From: Gammaproteobacteria bacterium
Lineage (GTDB): Bacteria; Pseudomonadota; Gammaproteobacteria; Thiohalomonadales; Thiohalomonadaceae
NCBI GenBank assembly: GCA_014859545.1
Contig: JACUTZ010000001.1
Coordinates: forward strand, 1 to 53,010
Length of the DNA stretch: 53,010 bases
Direction of reading: 5' to 3'
Shown here: positions 39,237 through 47,232 of the stretch, piece after piece
How the letters are laid out: each line of letters begins with the position of its first letter
Position numbering within the stretch: the stretch's first letter is position 1
Position numbers and translations under genes: made by a program
Notes under the pieces: model-generated
The model's database searches: none
What the model was told of the DNA's origin: nothing
What the model saw: the letters and a program-made list of their open reading frames with translations, nothing else

Positions 39237-40553
39237 ATGCAGCCCACCCTCTCATTCAGTCAGGCACAGTTCCAGCGGGTACGCTGGGCCACCTATACCA
39301 TCCTGGTGCTGGCCTATATGTCGGTGTTCTTTCACCGCATGGCCCCGGCGGTAGTTTCAGCCGAACTGATGCAGGCCTTTGAGGCCAGCGGCGCGGCACT
39401 GGGCTCGCTGGCGGCGATGTATTACTACATCTATACCGCGATGCAGATCCCGGCCGGGGTGCTGGCCGACACGGTCGGTTCACGCACCGTGGCCACCCTG
39501 GGCACCCTGGTGGCCGGGATCGGTTCGATCCTGTTCGGCCTGGCCGAAACCCTGGAAATGGCCTTTGTCGGGCGCTTTCTGGTGGGGCTGGGGGTATCGG
39601 TGATCTTTGTCGGACTGATGAAGAGCAATACGGTCTGGTTTCAGGATCGCATCTATGGACTGATCAGCGGACTGACCCTGTTGCTGGGCAACATGGGCTC
39701 GGTGTTCGCCGCCGGACCACTGTCCTGGCTGCTGGGCTATTTTTCCTGGCGCAGCATCTTTGTTGGGATCGGGCTGTTTTCCCTGCTGCTGGCACTACTG
39801 TCGATGCTGCTGGTGCGCAACCGTCCCGAAGATGCCGGCTTTCCCTCGCTGCGGGCGATGGAAGGCAAGCCCGCCCATGCCAGGCGGGAGCGTCACTGGC
39901 TGCTCGATCTGCGCCATGTGCTGGGCAATCGACGCATCTGGCCCGGCTTCTGGTTCAACCTGGGCATGGCTGGCAGCCTGTTTGCCTTTGTCGGTCTGTG
40001 GGGGGTGCCACTGCTGCGCGACCTGCACGGGCTCAGCCGCGACCAGGCCTCGCTCTATACCACCGCCAGCCTGCTCGCCCTGGCCCTCGGCACCCTCAGC
40101 CTCGGCTGGATCGCCGACCGTCTGGGTCTGCGCAAACCGGTGATGCTGGGTAGCGCCCTGCTCTATCTGCTGGTGATCGCCGCACTGCTATGGCTACCCT
40201 GGTCACCGGGCCCTGGCGGGATACTGCTGTTCGCCCTGCTGGGCTTGTCCGGTAGCGGCTTCGTGCTCAGCTATGCCTGCGCCAAGGAGGTCTGCTCGCC
40301 CGCCCTCTCCGGGATGGCGATCAGCCTGGTCAACACCGGACTGTTTCTTGGCGCGGCGATCATGCAGCCCCTGTTTGGTTGGGTATTGGATCAACGCTGG
40401 GACGGGCAGAGCCTGGAAGGGCTGCGCATCTACGCGGCAGGGGATTACCACCAGGCCCTGTGGCTGATGCTGGGCTTTGCGAGCATCGCGGTGCTGGCGG
40501 CACTGCGCCTGCACGAAACCCGTGGGCGCAACATCACCATAGCTGATCACTAA
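39237..40553 (+). CDS. MFS transporter
   Basis: 12-TM layout, motif-A-like GVLADTVGSR, 438 aa. Confidence 0.8.
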   Translation: MQPTLSFSQAQFQRVRWATYTILVLAYMSVFFHRMAPAVVSAELMQAFEASGAALGSLAAMYYYIYTAMQIPAGVLADTVGSRTVATLGTLVAGIGSILFGLAETLEMAFVGRFLVGLGVSVIFVGLMKSNTVWFQDRIYGLISGLTLLLGNMGSVFAAGPLSWLLGYFSWRSIFVGIGLFSLLLALLSMLLVRNRPEDAGFPSLRAMEGKPAHARRERHWLLDLRHVLGNRRIWPGFWFNLGMAGSLFAFVGLWGVPLLRDLHGLSRDQASLYTTASLLALALGTLSLGWIADRLGLRKPVMLGSALLYLLVIAALLWLPWSPGPGGILLFALLGLSGSGFVLSYACAKEVCSPALSGMAISLVNTGLFLGAAIMQPLFGWVLDQRWDGQSLEGLRIYAAGDYHQALWLMLGFASIAVLAALRLHETRGRNITIADH

Positions 40554-40644
40554 GCGGAATGTTTCATGCGTCCACGCGACAACGGGATGCCGGGCAATCA
40601 GGCAACAGGCCGGACGTATGTACCAATAAAATATTCGAGCTGAA

Positions 40645-42612
40645 TTATTGGGCTTCGCCTGCCCGGTCGGTGGTAGCGATGACCAGTACCGGCTTGCTGA
40701 TCGCCTGCATCCGCTCACTCAGGCGCTGCACTGGCCGCTCCAGGCGCTGATCATAAAACACCGCATAGGCCATCACCCGACGCACATACTCGCGGGTCTC
40801 GTGAAAGGGCATGGTATCCACCCAGATATCCGCATCCATACTGGCCTGCGGCGGATACCAGCGCTCGACCCGGTGCGGCCCGGCATTATAGGCGGCGGTG
40901 GCCAGCACCGGATGCTCAAAACGCGCCAGCATCTGACTCAGGTAATGACTGCCAAATCGGATATTCAGCTCGGGATCGAGCAGGCTATTGCGATCGGAGA
41001 TATCGGTCTCCAGCTGGCGGGCAATCGCCTCACCGGTGGCCGGCATCAACTGCATCAGGCCCATTGCCCCGACCCGTGAGCGGGCATGGGGATCCATCGC
41101 GCTTTCCTGACGGGCCACCGCGTAGATCCAGGCCGGGTCCAGGTCATGCTGCCTGGCCTGACTAAAAAAGCTCTCCGCATAGGCCAGTGGAAAACGGATC
41201 GCCAGGTCATCAAAATGCCCGGCGTGAGCCAGACTGAGCAGGGCGCGGTCATGCCAGGCCCAGCGTGCCGCCAGACTGCCGGCGGCCAGACGCTCTTCCC
41301 GACTCATCCGTCCCAGCGCATGGGACCACTCACGGCGCGCCTCTTCCCGCATCCCCACTGCCAGCAATTCGGCGGCACGCAATACCGCCGGGTGGCTCTC
41401 CAGGCGGGTGATCACGGCTGGCTCCAGGTCCAGATCCCGGTGGTTCAGATTGTACTCGGCACCGATACGATCCGCGGCCAAAAAACCGTAATAACTACGT
41501 GCCGTACTAAGCTGGCGATACAGCAGCTCGGCCTCAGCCTGCCGACCCAGGCCCTCCAGGGCGCGCGCCCGCCAGTAGGACCACATCTCCGAATCCCGTT
41601 CGGCCGCCGGCATCTCCTCGATCCAGGTCAGTGCCGCCAGCCAGCGCTTGTGGCGCAGGGCGGCGCGCACCACCCAGCCACGACTGCTCTGATTGAAGCT
41701 GTGCGGTTCCAGCACCGCATACCATTCCAGCGCGCGCAGATTGCCACGCAGCGCCAGATACAGGGCGATCGCGTGGGCCGCCTCGTCGCGCTGCTGGCTA
41801 TCGAAGGCATAACGCGAGGCCAGCAATGGCCACAGTTCGGCGGCCTGTTCCGGCTCACTGCTGGCCAGACGCTTAATCCCGTGCAGCGCGATGGCCGCAC
41901 GACGTGGTCCCTTTGCAGGCAGGAAATCCGCCTCGGCCAGGCCTTGCGGATCCTGGTGTACCGTGTGCCACAGCGCCACCTCGGCCTGTTCGGCCTCACG
42001 CAGGCCAGTGGCCAGACTCAGCGCCAGATCCGCATTACCGGCCGCCATCGCCAGCTCGATACGCTGCCAGCGCAATACCGTACTGATCTGTCCATCGGCC
42101 TCCCAGGCAGCAAACAGCGCATCACAGGCGCGGTGCTGAGCATTGCCCACCAGCCACAACTCAGCAGCACCACGCCAGGCCGCCGCCTGCTGCTTGCTGT
42201 GCAGCTGAGCCGTATGAGCGTGGCAACGCAAATCGGCACTATTGCTGCCCTGGTAAAAGCCCAGGTAATCCTCCCAGCGCTCGGCTCCGGCCAGGTAACG
42301 CAGCCAGGCGACCCGCAACTGAGTGGCCAGCGGCATCTCGGCATGCGCGTCAAGAAAGGTTTGAATGGTCCCGGAATCCTGGCCATCCAGGCTGGACTGC
42401 AACTGCCAGAACAGGAGATAGGGGTAGAGTGGATAGTCCTTGAGCGAGGCAATGGCCTGCACCGGGGTTGCCTCGCCCTGCTCCAGGGATTGTTTTACTG
42501 TCAAAAAATGCGCACGCGGCGATGTCTCGGAAGTGGCGGCAAACAGATTGCCGGAACACACCATCAGGCCAGCACACAACAAACCGGTCAGCCTCAGCCA
42601 AGCCTTACCCAT
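40645..42612 (-). CDS. slt: Soluble lytic murein transglycosylase (Slt70-like)
   Basis: Signal peptide, long superhelical U domain, C-terminal catalytic region ARQESAMDPHARSRVGAMGLMQLMP...AAYNAGP. Confidence 0.85.
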   Translation of the reverse strand: MGKAWLRLTGLLCAGLMVCSGNLFAATSETSPRAHFLTVKQSLEQGEATPVQAIASLKDYPLYPYLLFWQLQSSLDGQDSGTIQTFLDAHAEMPLATQLRVAWLRYLAGAERWEDYLGFYQGSNSADLRCHAHTAQLHSKQQAAAWRGAAELWLVGNAQHRACDALFAAWEADGQISTVLRWQRIELAMAAGNADLALSLATGLREAEQAEVALWHTVHQDPQGLAEADFLPAKGPRRAAIALHGIKRLASSEPEQAAELWPLLASRYAFDSQQRDEAAHAIALYLALRGNLRALEWYAVLEPHSFNQSSRGWVVRAALRHKRWLAALTWIEEMPAAERDSEMWSYWRARALEGLGRQAEAELLYRQLSTARSYYGFLAADRIGAEYNLNHRDLDLEPAVITRLESHPAVLRAAELLAVGMREEARREWSHALGRMSREERLAAGSLAARWAWHDRALLSLAHAGHFDDLAIRFPLAYAESFFSQARQHDLDPAWIYAVARQESAMDPHARSRVGAMGLMQLMPATGEAIARQLETDISDRNSLLDPELNIRFGSHYLSQMLARFEHPVLATAAYNAGPHRVERWYPPQASMDADIWVDTMPFHETREYVRRVMAYAVFYDQRLERPVQRLSERMQAISKPVLVIATTDRAGEAQ

Positions 42613-42704
42613 CACACCTTCCCGCACACCACGATTAAACAGAACGCCCGCAATCTAGGCTACGATACTGCACCACAAAGCGCCAGCCCCGAGACCCCGC
42701 AGGT

Positions 42705-43259
42705 TCAGACCAGGGCCTTGCCCCGGTAACGCAACTGCGGCTCGATCAATATCGATTGCTCGCCATCTGCCAACCACACCTGCCCATCCTGCACCGTGCA
42801 TTGCAGACGCATACCACGCGCCAGCAATCCTGCCAGCTCACGGCTCGCTGCCAGCGGCAGCTCGATCACCGCAAGATTGTCATAACGCTGCAGATCACGC
42901 GCATTCTTCTCCCACCACAGACTGGCCGCGTGCCCGCCATAGGCATAGACATACACCTGCCTGGCGCGGCCGCAGGCACGCCGCAGCCGCCGCTCATCGG
43001 GCAGGCCCACCTCGACCCAGAGATCGATCTCACCGCTCAGGGATTTTTCCCATAATTCCGGTTCGTCGTCGGCACACAGGCCACGGGTAAATGCCAACTG
43101 TGGCGAGGCATGCAGGGCAAAGGCCAGTAGCCGCACCATCATCCGCTCGCCGGTTTCAGAGGGGTGTTGGGCCAGGGTCAGGCCATGATCGGCATAATAG
43201 CCCCGCTCCATATCGGCGATCTGCAGGTCGGCTTTAATAATCGTCGCGCTTTGGGCCAT
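42705..43259 (-). CDS. yaeQ: YaeQ-family protein
   Basis: ATIIKADLQIADMERGYYADHGLTLAQHPSET.ERMMVRLLAFAL... is the characteristic YaeQ N-terminus. Confidence 0.85.
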   Translation of the reverse strand: MAQSATIIKADLQIADMERGYYADHGLTLAQHPSETGERMMVRLLAFALHASPQLAFTRGLCADDEPELWEKSLSGEIDLWVEVGLPDERRLRRACGRARQVYVYAYGGHAASLWWEKNARDLQRYDNLAVIELPLAASRELAGLLARGMRLQCTVQDGQVWLADGEQSILIEPQLRYRGKALV

Positions 43260-43606
43260 GGTTTTGCCTTTGGGATAAGATATGCCATGATACCGGATAA
43301 GCTGTGTACCGACGCTGGATGCTTGCCATTTTCACATGGACCAGGCGAACGGCAGCACTGGAACAGCGCAAAAAAAACCAATAGGTAGCATGTCTACCCC
43401 ATCACCATCGACGAAGAGAAAAAATGCTAGCTTGATGCTACCCTTTCGGGCGTCAGGGAGAAAGAATAACCTCATTTACTACGTGTAAACTGCGCTTTTT
43501 CGCCCGCAATGCCTTCTCTCGCACTCGCCTGAGCGACAACAACAGCCTGCTAACAAATCCTCGCTTGAGGCCTGGCTCAAACGATGGGTGTAGTCGCCTA
43601 AATTCG

Positions 43607-43996
43607 CTAACGCAGCACCTGATAACGATCGCCTGATGCGCGGTTCAAATCGACGTGCAGGCGATCACTGCTCCATCCATGCACATTATCGTGTGCCTCG
43701 ACGATCACCACCTGCACATCTGGCGGGATCTGCAGTCCGCTCAGGCTGCGGGTGAAGGGCTGCTCATCCACATGGGGGTGATACAGTGTCCGCGTACCGA
43801 GCACCGACCCCTGCTCATCGACAATCCGCCAAGCATCCGCGTAATGCTCCCAACCACTGTCCTCATGCTGAACACGCAGATGCACGGTCCAGACGCCCTG
43901 GGCATAATGAAATTGGGCGTACTGGATATGAACCTCGTTGGCCCAGGATCCGCCGCTAAGGAAACTCAGGCAGAAAAACCAAAAATACCTCATCAC
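43607..43996 (-). CDS. Hypothetical secreted protein (His-rich motif)
   Basis: Signal peptide MMRYFWFFCLSFLSGGSWA. Conserved-looking TLYHPHVDEQPFTRS and several His residues. No family assigned. Confidence 0.45.
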   Translation of the reverse strand: MMRYFWFFCLSFLSGGSWANEVHIQYAQFHYAQGVWTVHLRVQHEDSGWEHYADAWRIVDEQGSVLGTRTLYHPHVDEQPFTRSLSGLQIPPDVQVVIVEAHDNVHGWSSDRLHVDLNRASGDRYQVLR

Positions 43997-44173
43997 TTAC
44001 TCCCGTATACCCATCAAACGTTCAGCCTAAAGAAGAGCGTCTGGGATGACAATCAGGGAAAACCTTGAGATAAGACAGGCTTGTGTTCAGGCAGTGTGGT
44101 CCGCAAGCACCAAGCAGGTGCCACACGCAGGAAAGAACACACATCCATAGGATGTCGCTTAAAATCAGGCGAT

Positions 44174-44406
44174 ATCAGAAAAAGGAACATCTTGAAGGAT
44201 CAGACTGGTCCGACAGACGCATCAAACTCACACGCCAATTGGGGTTTGGTACATCCTTGCGCAAAAATCGATAACGACCAACCTCGTTTTCGTACCAGCT
44301 GATCCCCCCTGGGGGGAATCGTGCTCAAACGCCCACCAGCTGCCGTTCTCATCCTGGGCAAGCCAGCGATCCCAGGCCGGGTGCTGATTGGCATCAAACG
44401 AAAGCA
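44174..44406 (-). pseudogene. Small gene of unknown function disrupted by a frameshift at a C6/G6 palindrome
   Basis: MLSFDANQHPAWDRWLAQDENGSWWAFEHD... (from 44406) changes frame at gattccccccaggggggatc. A protein-like continuation ...WYENEVGRYRFLRKDVPNPNWRVSLMRL... runs in another frame to the stop at 44174. Confidence 0.3.
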
Positions 44407-44480
44407 TAGATTTGGGGGCCGGATGACCCCGGGTGATTGCTCACCCGGGGTCACCCGGCCGATTTGGGGTATATGATGCA

Positions 44481-45092
44481 TCACTTGCAATGCACATTAT
44501 TCAGAAAATAATTCGCCGGCGCTGGTGGTGAGTGTTGAAAATCCAGTTTATCGAATGGATTTCTGTATAACAATGCGCCAACCCCACCACAGAAATCATT
44601 GGTGGTGATCGCCATCAGCCGAAAGCAAAATCGCTCAGGTGCAACCGTATCCTTGGAGCCAACCACATCAACCCGGGCTTGAATACCCTCATCATCCTGT
44701 GTGCCGTAAAACACAATTGGAAAGCGATCACTGTCGACGCTGACGATGGCCTTTATCGTGACCCCGGCACCTTTCTTGATGTAGCTGCCGCGAATCGAGA
44801 CATGGGCCGAGCCAGTACCCTTGTTATCATAACGGTGTCCGGATGCTCTGGACTTCTCGAGACGAATAATCGGTTCAGCCTCGATCCTGCGTATATACGG
44901 TGGCGCATAGCGCAGGACCTGATGGTAGGGATTACCGTTCAGGGTGAAGTGGAAATCCATTCCCACCACGGTTGCACATGAGGACTCAGCGGCATTGTAA
45001 TGGTTACAACTAATGTATCGCCCCGGCTGAATACTCGTGCCGTCACATCTCCCGCAATTGATCCAGCGACGCCGCCGCCAGCAAAGCCACAA
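44481..45092 (-). CDS. Hypothetical Cys-containing protein (start unclear, possibly frameshifted from the upstream leader ORF)
   Basis: 203-aa ORF in an AT-richer region. No family recognised. An internal ATG (MDFHFTLNG...) is an alternative start. Confidence 0.35.
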   Translation of the reverse strand: MWLCWRRRRWINCGRCDGTSIQPGRYISCNHYNAAESSCATVVGMDFHFTLNGNPYHQVLRYAPPYIRRIEAEPIIRLEKSRASGHRYDNKGTGSAHVSIRGSYIKKGAGVTIKAIVSVDSDRFPIVFYGTQDDEGIQARVDVVGSKDTVAPERFCFRLMAITTNDFCGGVGALLYRNPFDKLDFQHSPPAPANYFLNNVHCK

Positions 45093-45144
45093 AGAACAGG
45101 TTCACCATGAAAAAAAGCACCATCAACGCCCATTTGGTGTTCAT
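45043..45144 (-). CDS. 33-codon hydrophobic (signal-peptide or TM-like) ORF overlapping the 5' end of the 203-aa ORF in another frame
   Basis: MNTKWALMVLFFMVNLFFVALLAAASLDQLREM*. Overlaps 45043-45092. Frames differ by one nucleotide, and the overlap contains a (GCG)3 tract. Confidence 0.3.
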   Translation of the reverse strand: MNTKWALMVLFFMVNLFFVALLAAASLDQLREM

Positions 45145-45584
45145 ACTTGCCTCGCATGCAACGTTATATCGAATAGATAATAGGTATGGAACGCAGCGTT
45201 TGCCTATCCCTGGGACAGAATTACGCCACCTCGCCCACTTGCTATCCGCTATCCACCCCAGTCATCGGCTTCGTTTGCGCAGAGATTCAAACTACCTGCA
45301 GTCCGCTTGATGTGAGCCATTTGCTCGATTGTCGCCCCTATCCAACCACTTCGGCCAGCGATTTGACTGAAGTAAACATAATCGGTATAAGAATTGCAGT
45401 GTATCTTGGCGTGGATGGGTGTTTATGAAGCCACCCGAACGACTGGATGAGCGCTATCAGGCCGTGGAAAATCGCTCGCACTAGTCGGTGTTTCTTGGCC
45501 AGTTGGCAGCACTGATCAACGCTAACAGTACGTCTTGTCGCCTGGTGAACCTCTACCGCAGATGATGTGGCGCGTGTCGCACTC

Positions 45585-45748
45585 AGGAGGCAGGTCAAAA
45601 TACTATTGCCAACACCGAGGGCGTGGCTGGACCATCAATGCAAGGCAGGTTTCGCAGGTCATGGCTGCTGCGCCCTTGCCAAGAAACCTAACACAGCAGT
45701 GATGCCCCAGCTGCGGCCGAATGTAAATAGTATTTTGACCTGCCTCCT
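45585..45748. mobile_element. 164-bp non-coding element with perfect 23-bp terminal inverted repeats (MITE-like)
   Basis: aggaggcaggtcaaaatactatt at 45585-45607 is the exact reverse complement of aatagtattttgacctgcctcct at 45726-45748. No ORF of transposase size lies inside. Confidence 0.6.
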
Positions 45749-45815
45749 TAGCAGTGCTTGTCGAAAAGCGGAGCATACATAAAGTATGTGTATCTACTCG
45801 CCCCTTGAAAAAGAT

Positions 45816-45984
45816 CTCACCGCAAAGGCGCAAAGACGCAAAGGGTTAATGGACACACCACGCACCAAACACCGGTTTAATACCTGTATAAGTGGGGTTA
45901 TCACGTACGTTCGAGAATGCAGCTTCGATCCGCGTGGTAATCATGCACTATTTAACACCTTTGCGTCTTTGCGCCTTTGCGGTA
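45816..45984. repeat. Periodic-arm inverted-repeat element, copy C (GCAAAG variant)
   Basis: Left arm ctcaccgcaaaggcgcaaagacgcaaaggg. Right arm cctttgcgtctttgcgcctttgcggta. Core unrelated to copy B. Confidence 0.75.
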
Positions 45985-46315
45985 AAGGTGTTTTTCATCG
46001 GAGACGGTTAACGCCCTCTACAGTGTGAATACATCATGGATAGGGCGAGTCGTTACAAGTATGTGAGCATTTTCGACGAGTGCTGTCCAAATTCGCCGGG
46101 AGCGAATTTGGACAGCCAACGGCTGGCCCGTAGGGTGGACTCCAGGGATGGAGTCCACAACGCCGTATACGGATTCCTCGCGCCGCTATGTTACCTGCAC
46201 AGCCAGGGACGTGAGGGCAAGGCGCGAATCATTCGAGCAGCGCAGTGCACATATAGTGCATGAGCACGCGCAGAATGATTCAGCAACACAGCCATCGCGT
46301 TTCTGGCGAAGCAGC

Positions 46316-47020
46316 TTAGCCGCATTTGGAATCGCCACAGTTCAGACAGGTCATACACCCATCCATCAAAATCGCGGCCTTGGTATTGCACTTGCCACAT
46401 AGCTGCGCCCCTTCGGGAAAATCGCCGTTGTCCTTGCTCTCGACGGTCTTGGTGGCATCTTCATATTGCGCGCGCTTTTCCTGGATGAGCTTTTTCTGGT
46501 GTTCGTCCAGTTCGTCGTCCTTGAGCAGGCCGATCATGCGCAGGTGGCATTCGATGGCATCGCCGATCTCGGCGACCAGGGAGGGCATGTACTTGCCGCC
46601 CTTCTTGAAGTAGCCGCCACGCGGGTCGAATACCGAGCGCAGCTCCTCGACAAGGAAAGTGACGTCGCCACCCTTGCGGAATACCGCGGAGATGATGCGG
46701 GTGAGGGCGACGATCCACTGAAAGTGATCCATGTTCTTGGAGTTGATGAAGACCTCGAAGGGACGGCGCAGCTCGTGCTTAGTGCCGGGGTTGAGCACCA
46801 CGTCGTTGATGGTGACGTAGAGCGCATGCTCGGTGAGCGGGGTCTTGATCTTGTAGGTGGAGCCGAGCAGCATCTCGGGGCGTTCGAGCGCCTCGGTGAG
46901 GTGCACCACATTGTATTCGGACTTTTCCGCGATGGCCTTGGTGGCGATTTCCTGCTGCGGTTTTTCGTCTTTGTTGACGACGGCGTAGTTGACGATCTTT
47001 TTGCTGATTTTGACTGCCAT
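46316..47020 (-). CDS. nrdJb: Class II (adenosylcobalamin-dependent) ribonucleotide reductase, C-terminal subunit
   Basis: MAVKISKK... start with GAGGG SD. C-terminal Cys cluster CGKCNTKAAILMDGCMTCLNCGDSKCG typical of NrdJ tails. Follows nrdJa on the same strand. Confidence 0.8.
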   Translation of the reverse strand: MAVKISKKIVNYAVVNKDEKPQQEIATKAIAEKSEYNVVHLTEALERPEMLLGSTYKIKTPLTEHALYVTINDVVLNPGTKHELRRPFEVFINSKNMDHFQWIVALTRIISAVFRKGGDVTFLVEELRSVFDPRGGYFKKGGKYMPSLVAEIGDAIECHLRMIGLLKDDELDEHQKKLIQEKRAQYEDATKTVESKDNGDFPEGAQLCGKCNTKAAILMDGCMTCLNCGDSKCG

Positions 47021-47043
47021 TTGTTTTCCCTCTTGAATCTGTT

Positions 47044-47226
47044 TCACCGCAGAGGCGCAGAGTTCGCAGAGGCTGATATGCCGTGCTGCCTCTCCACCTC
47101 GTTCCATTCATTTCCTGCCCGAACGATTGCATGCTGTCCGGGCTGGTTTACGCTCACCGCGATACCGCATTCACACTCGAGCATTCTCGGCCTTTCTCTG
47201 CGTGCTCGGCGCCTCTGCGGTGAACC
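47044..47226. repeat. Periodic-arm inverted-repeat element, copy D (GCAGAG variant), in the nrdJa-nrdJb spacer
   Basis: Left arm tcaccgcagaggcgcagagttcgcagaggc. Right arm cctttctctgcgtgctcggcgcctctgcggtgaacc. Ends 6 nt from the nrdJa stop and about 10 nt from the nrdJb SD. Confidence 0.75.
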
Positions 47227-47232
47227 GTTCTT

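Noticed and set aside
41086-42729. 547-aa ORF on the + strand, and similar long ORFs at 47287-49095, 49099-50595, 8458-9468, 13032-13886, 13887-15113, 4378-5247, 37316-38158, 51496-52341 and 10568-11104
   Set aside because: All lie antisense to, or out of frame within, genes with clear family motifs (slt, nrdJa, pilS, RND permease, btuF, yebC, degQ-like, murJ). They have the Gln/Gly/His/Arg/Leu/Ala-rich composition typical of stop-poor frames in GC-rich DNA and carry no recognisable motifs.
45338-45598. 86-aa minus-strand ORF as a transposase or integrase fragment belonging to the adjacent TIR element
   Set aside because: No catalytic motifs are recognisable. Its start codon lies inside the left TIR by coincidence of sequence (ATGACCTGCCTCCT). 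It is kept only as part of the islet description.
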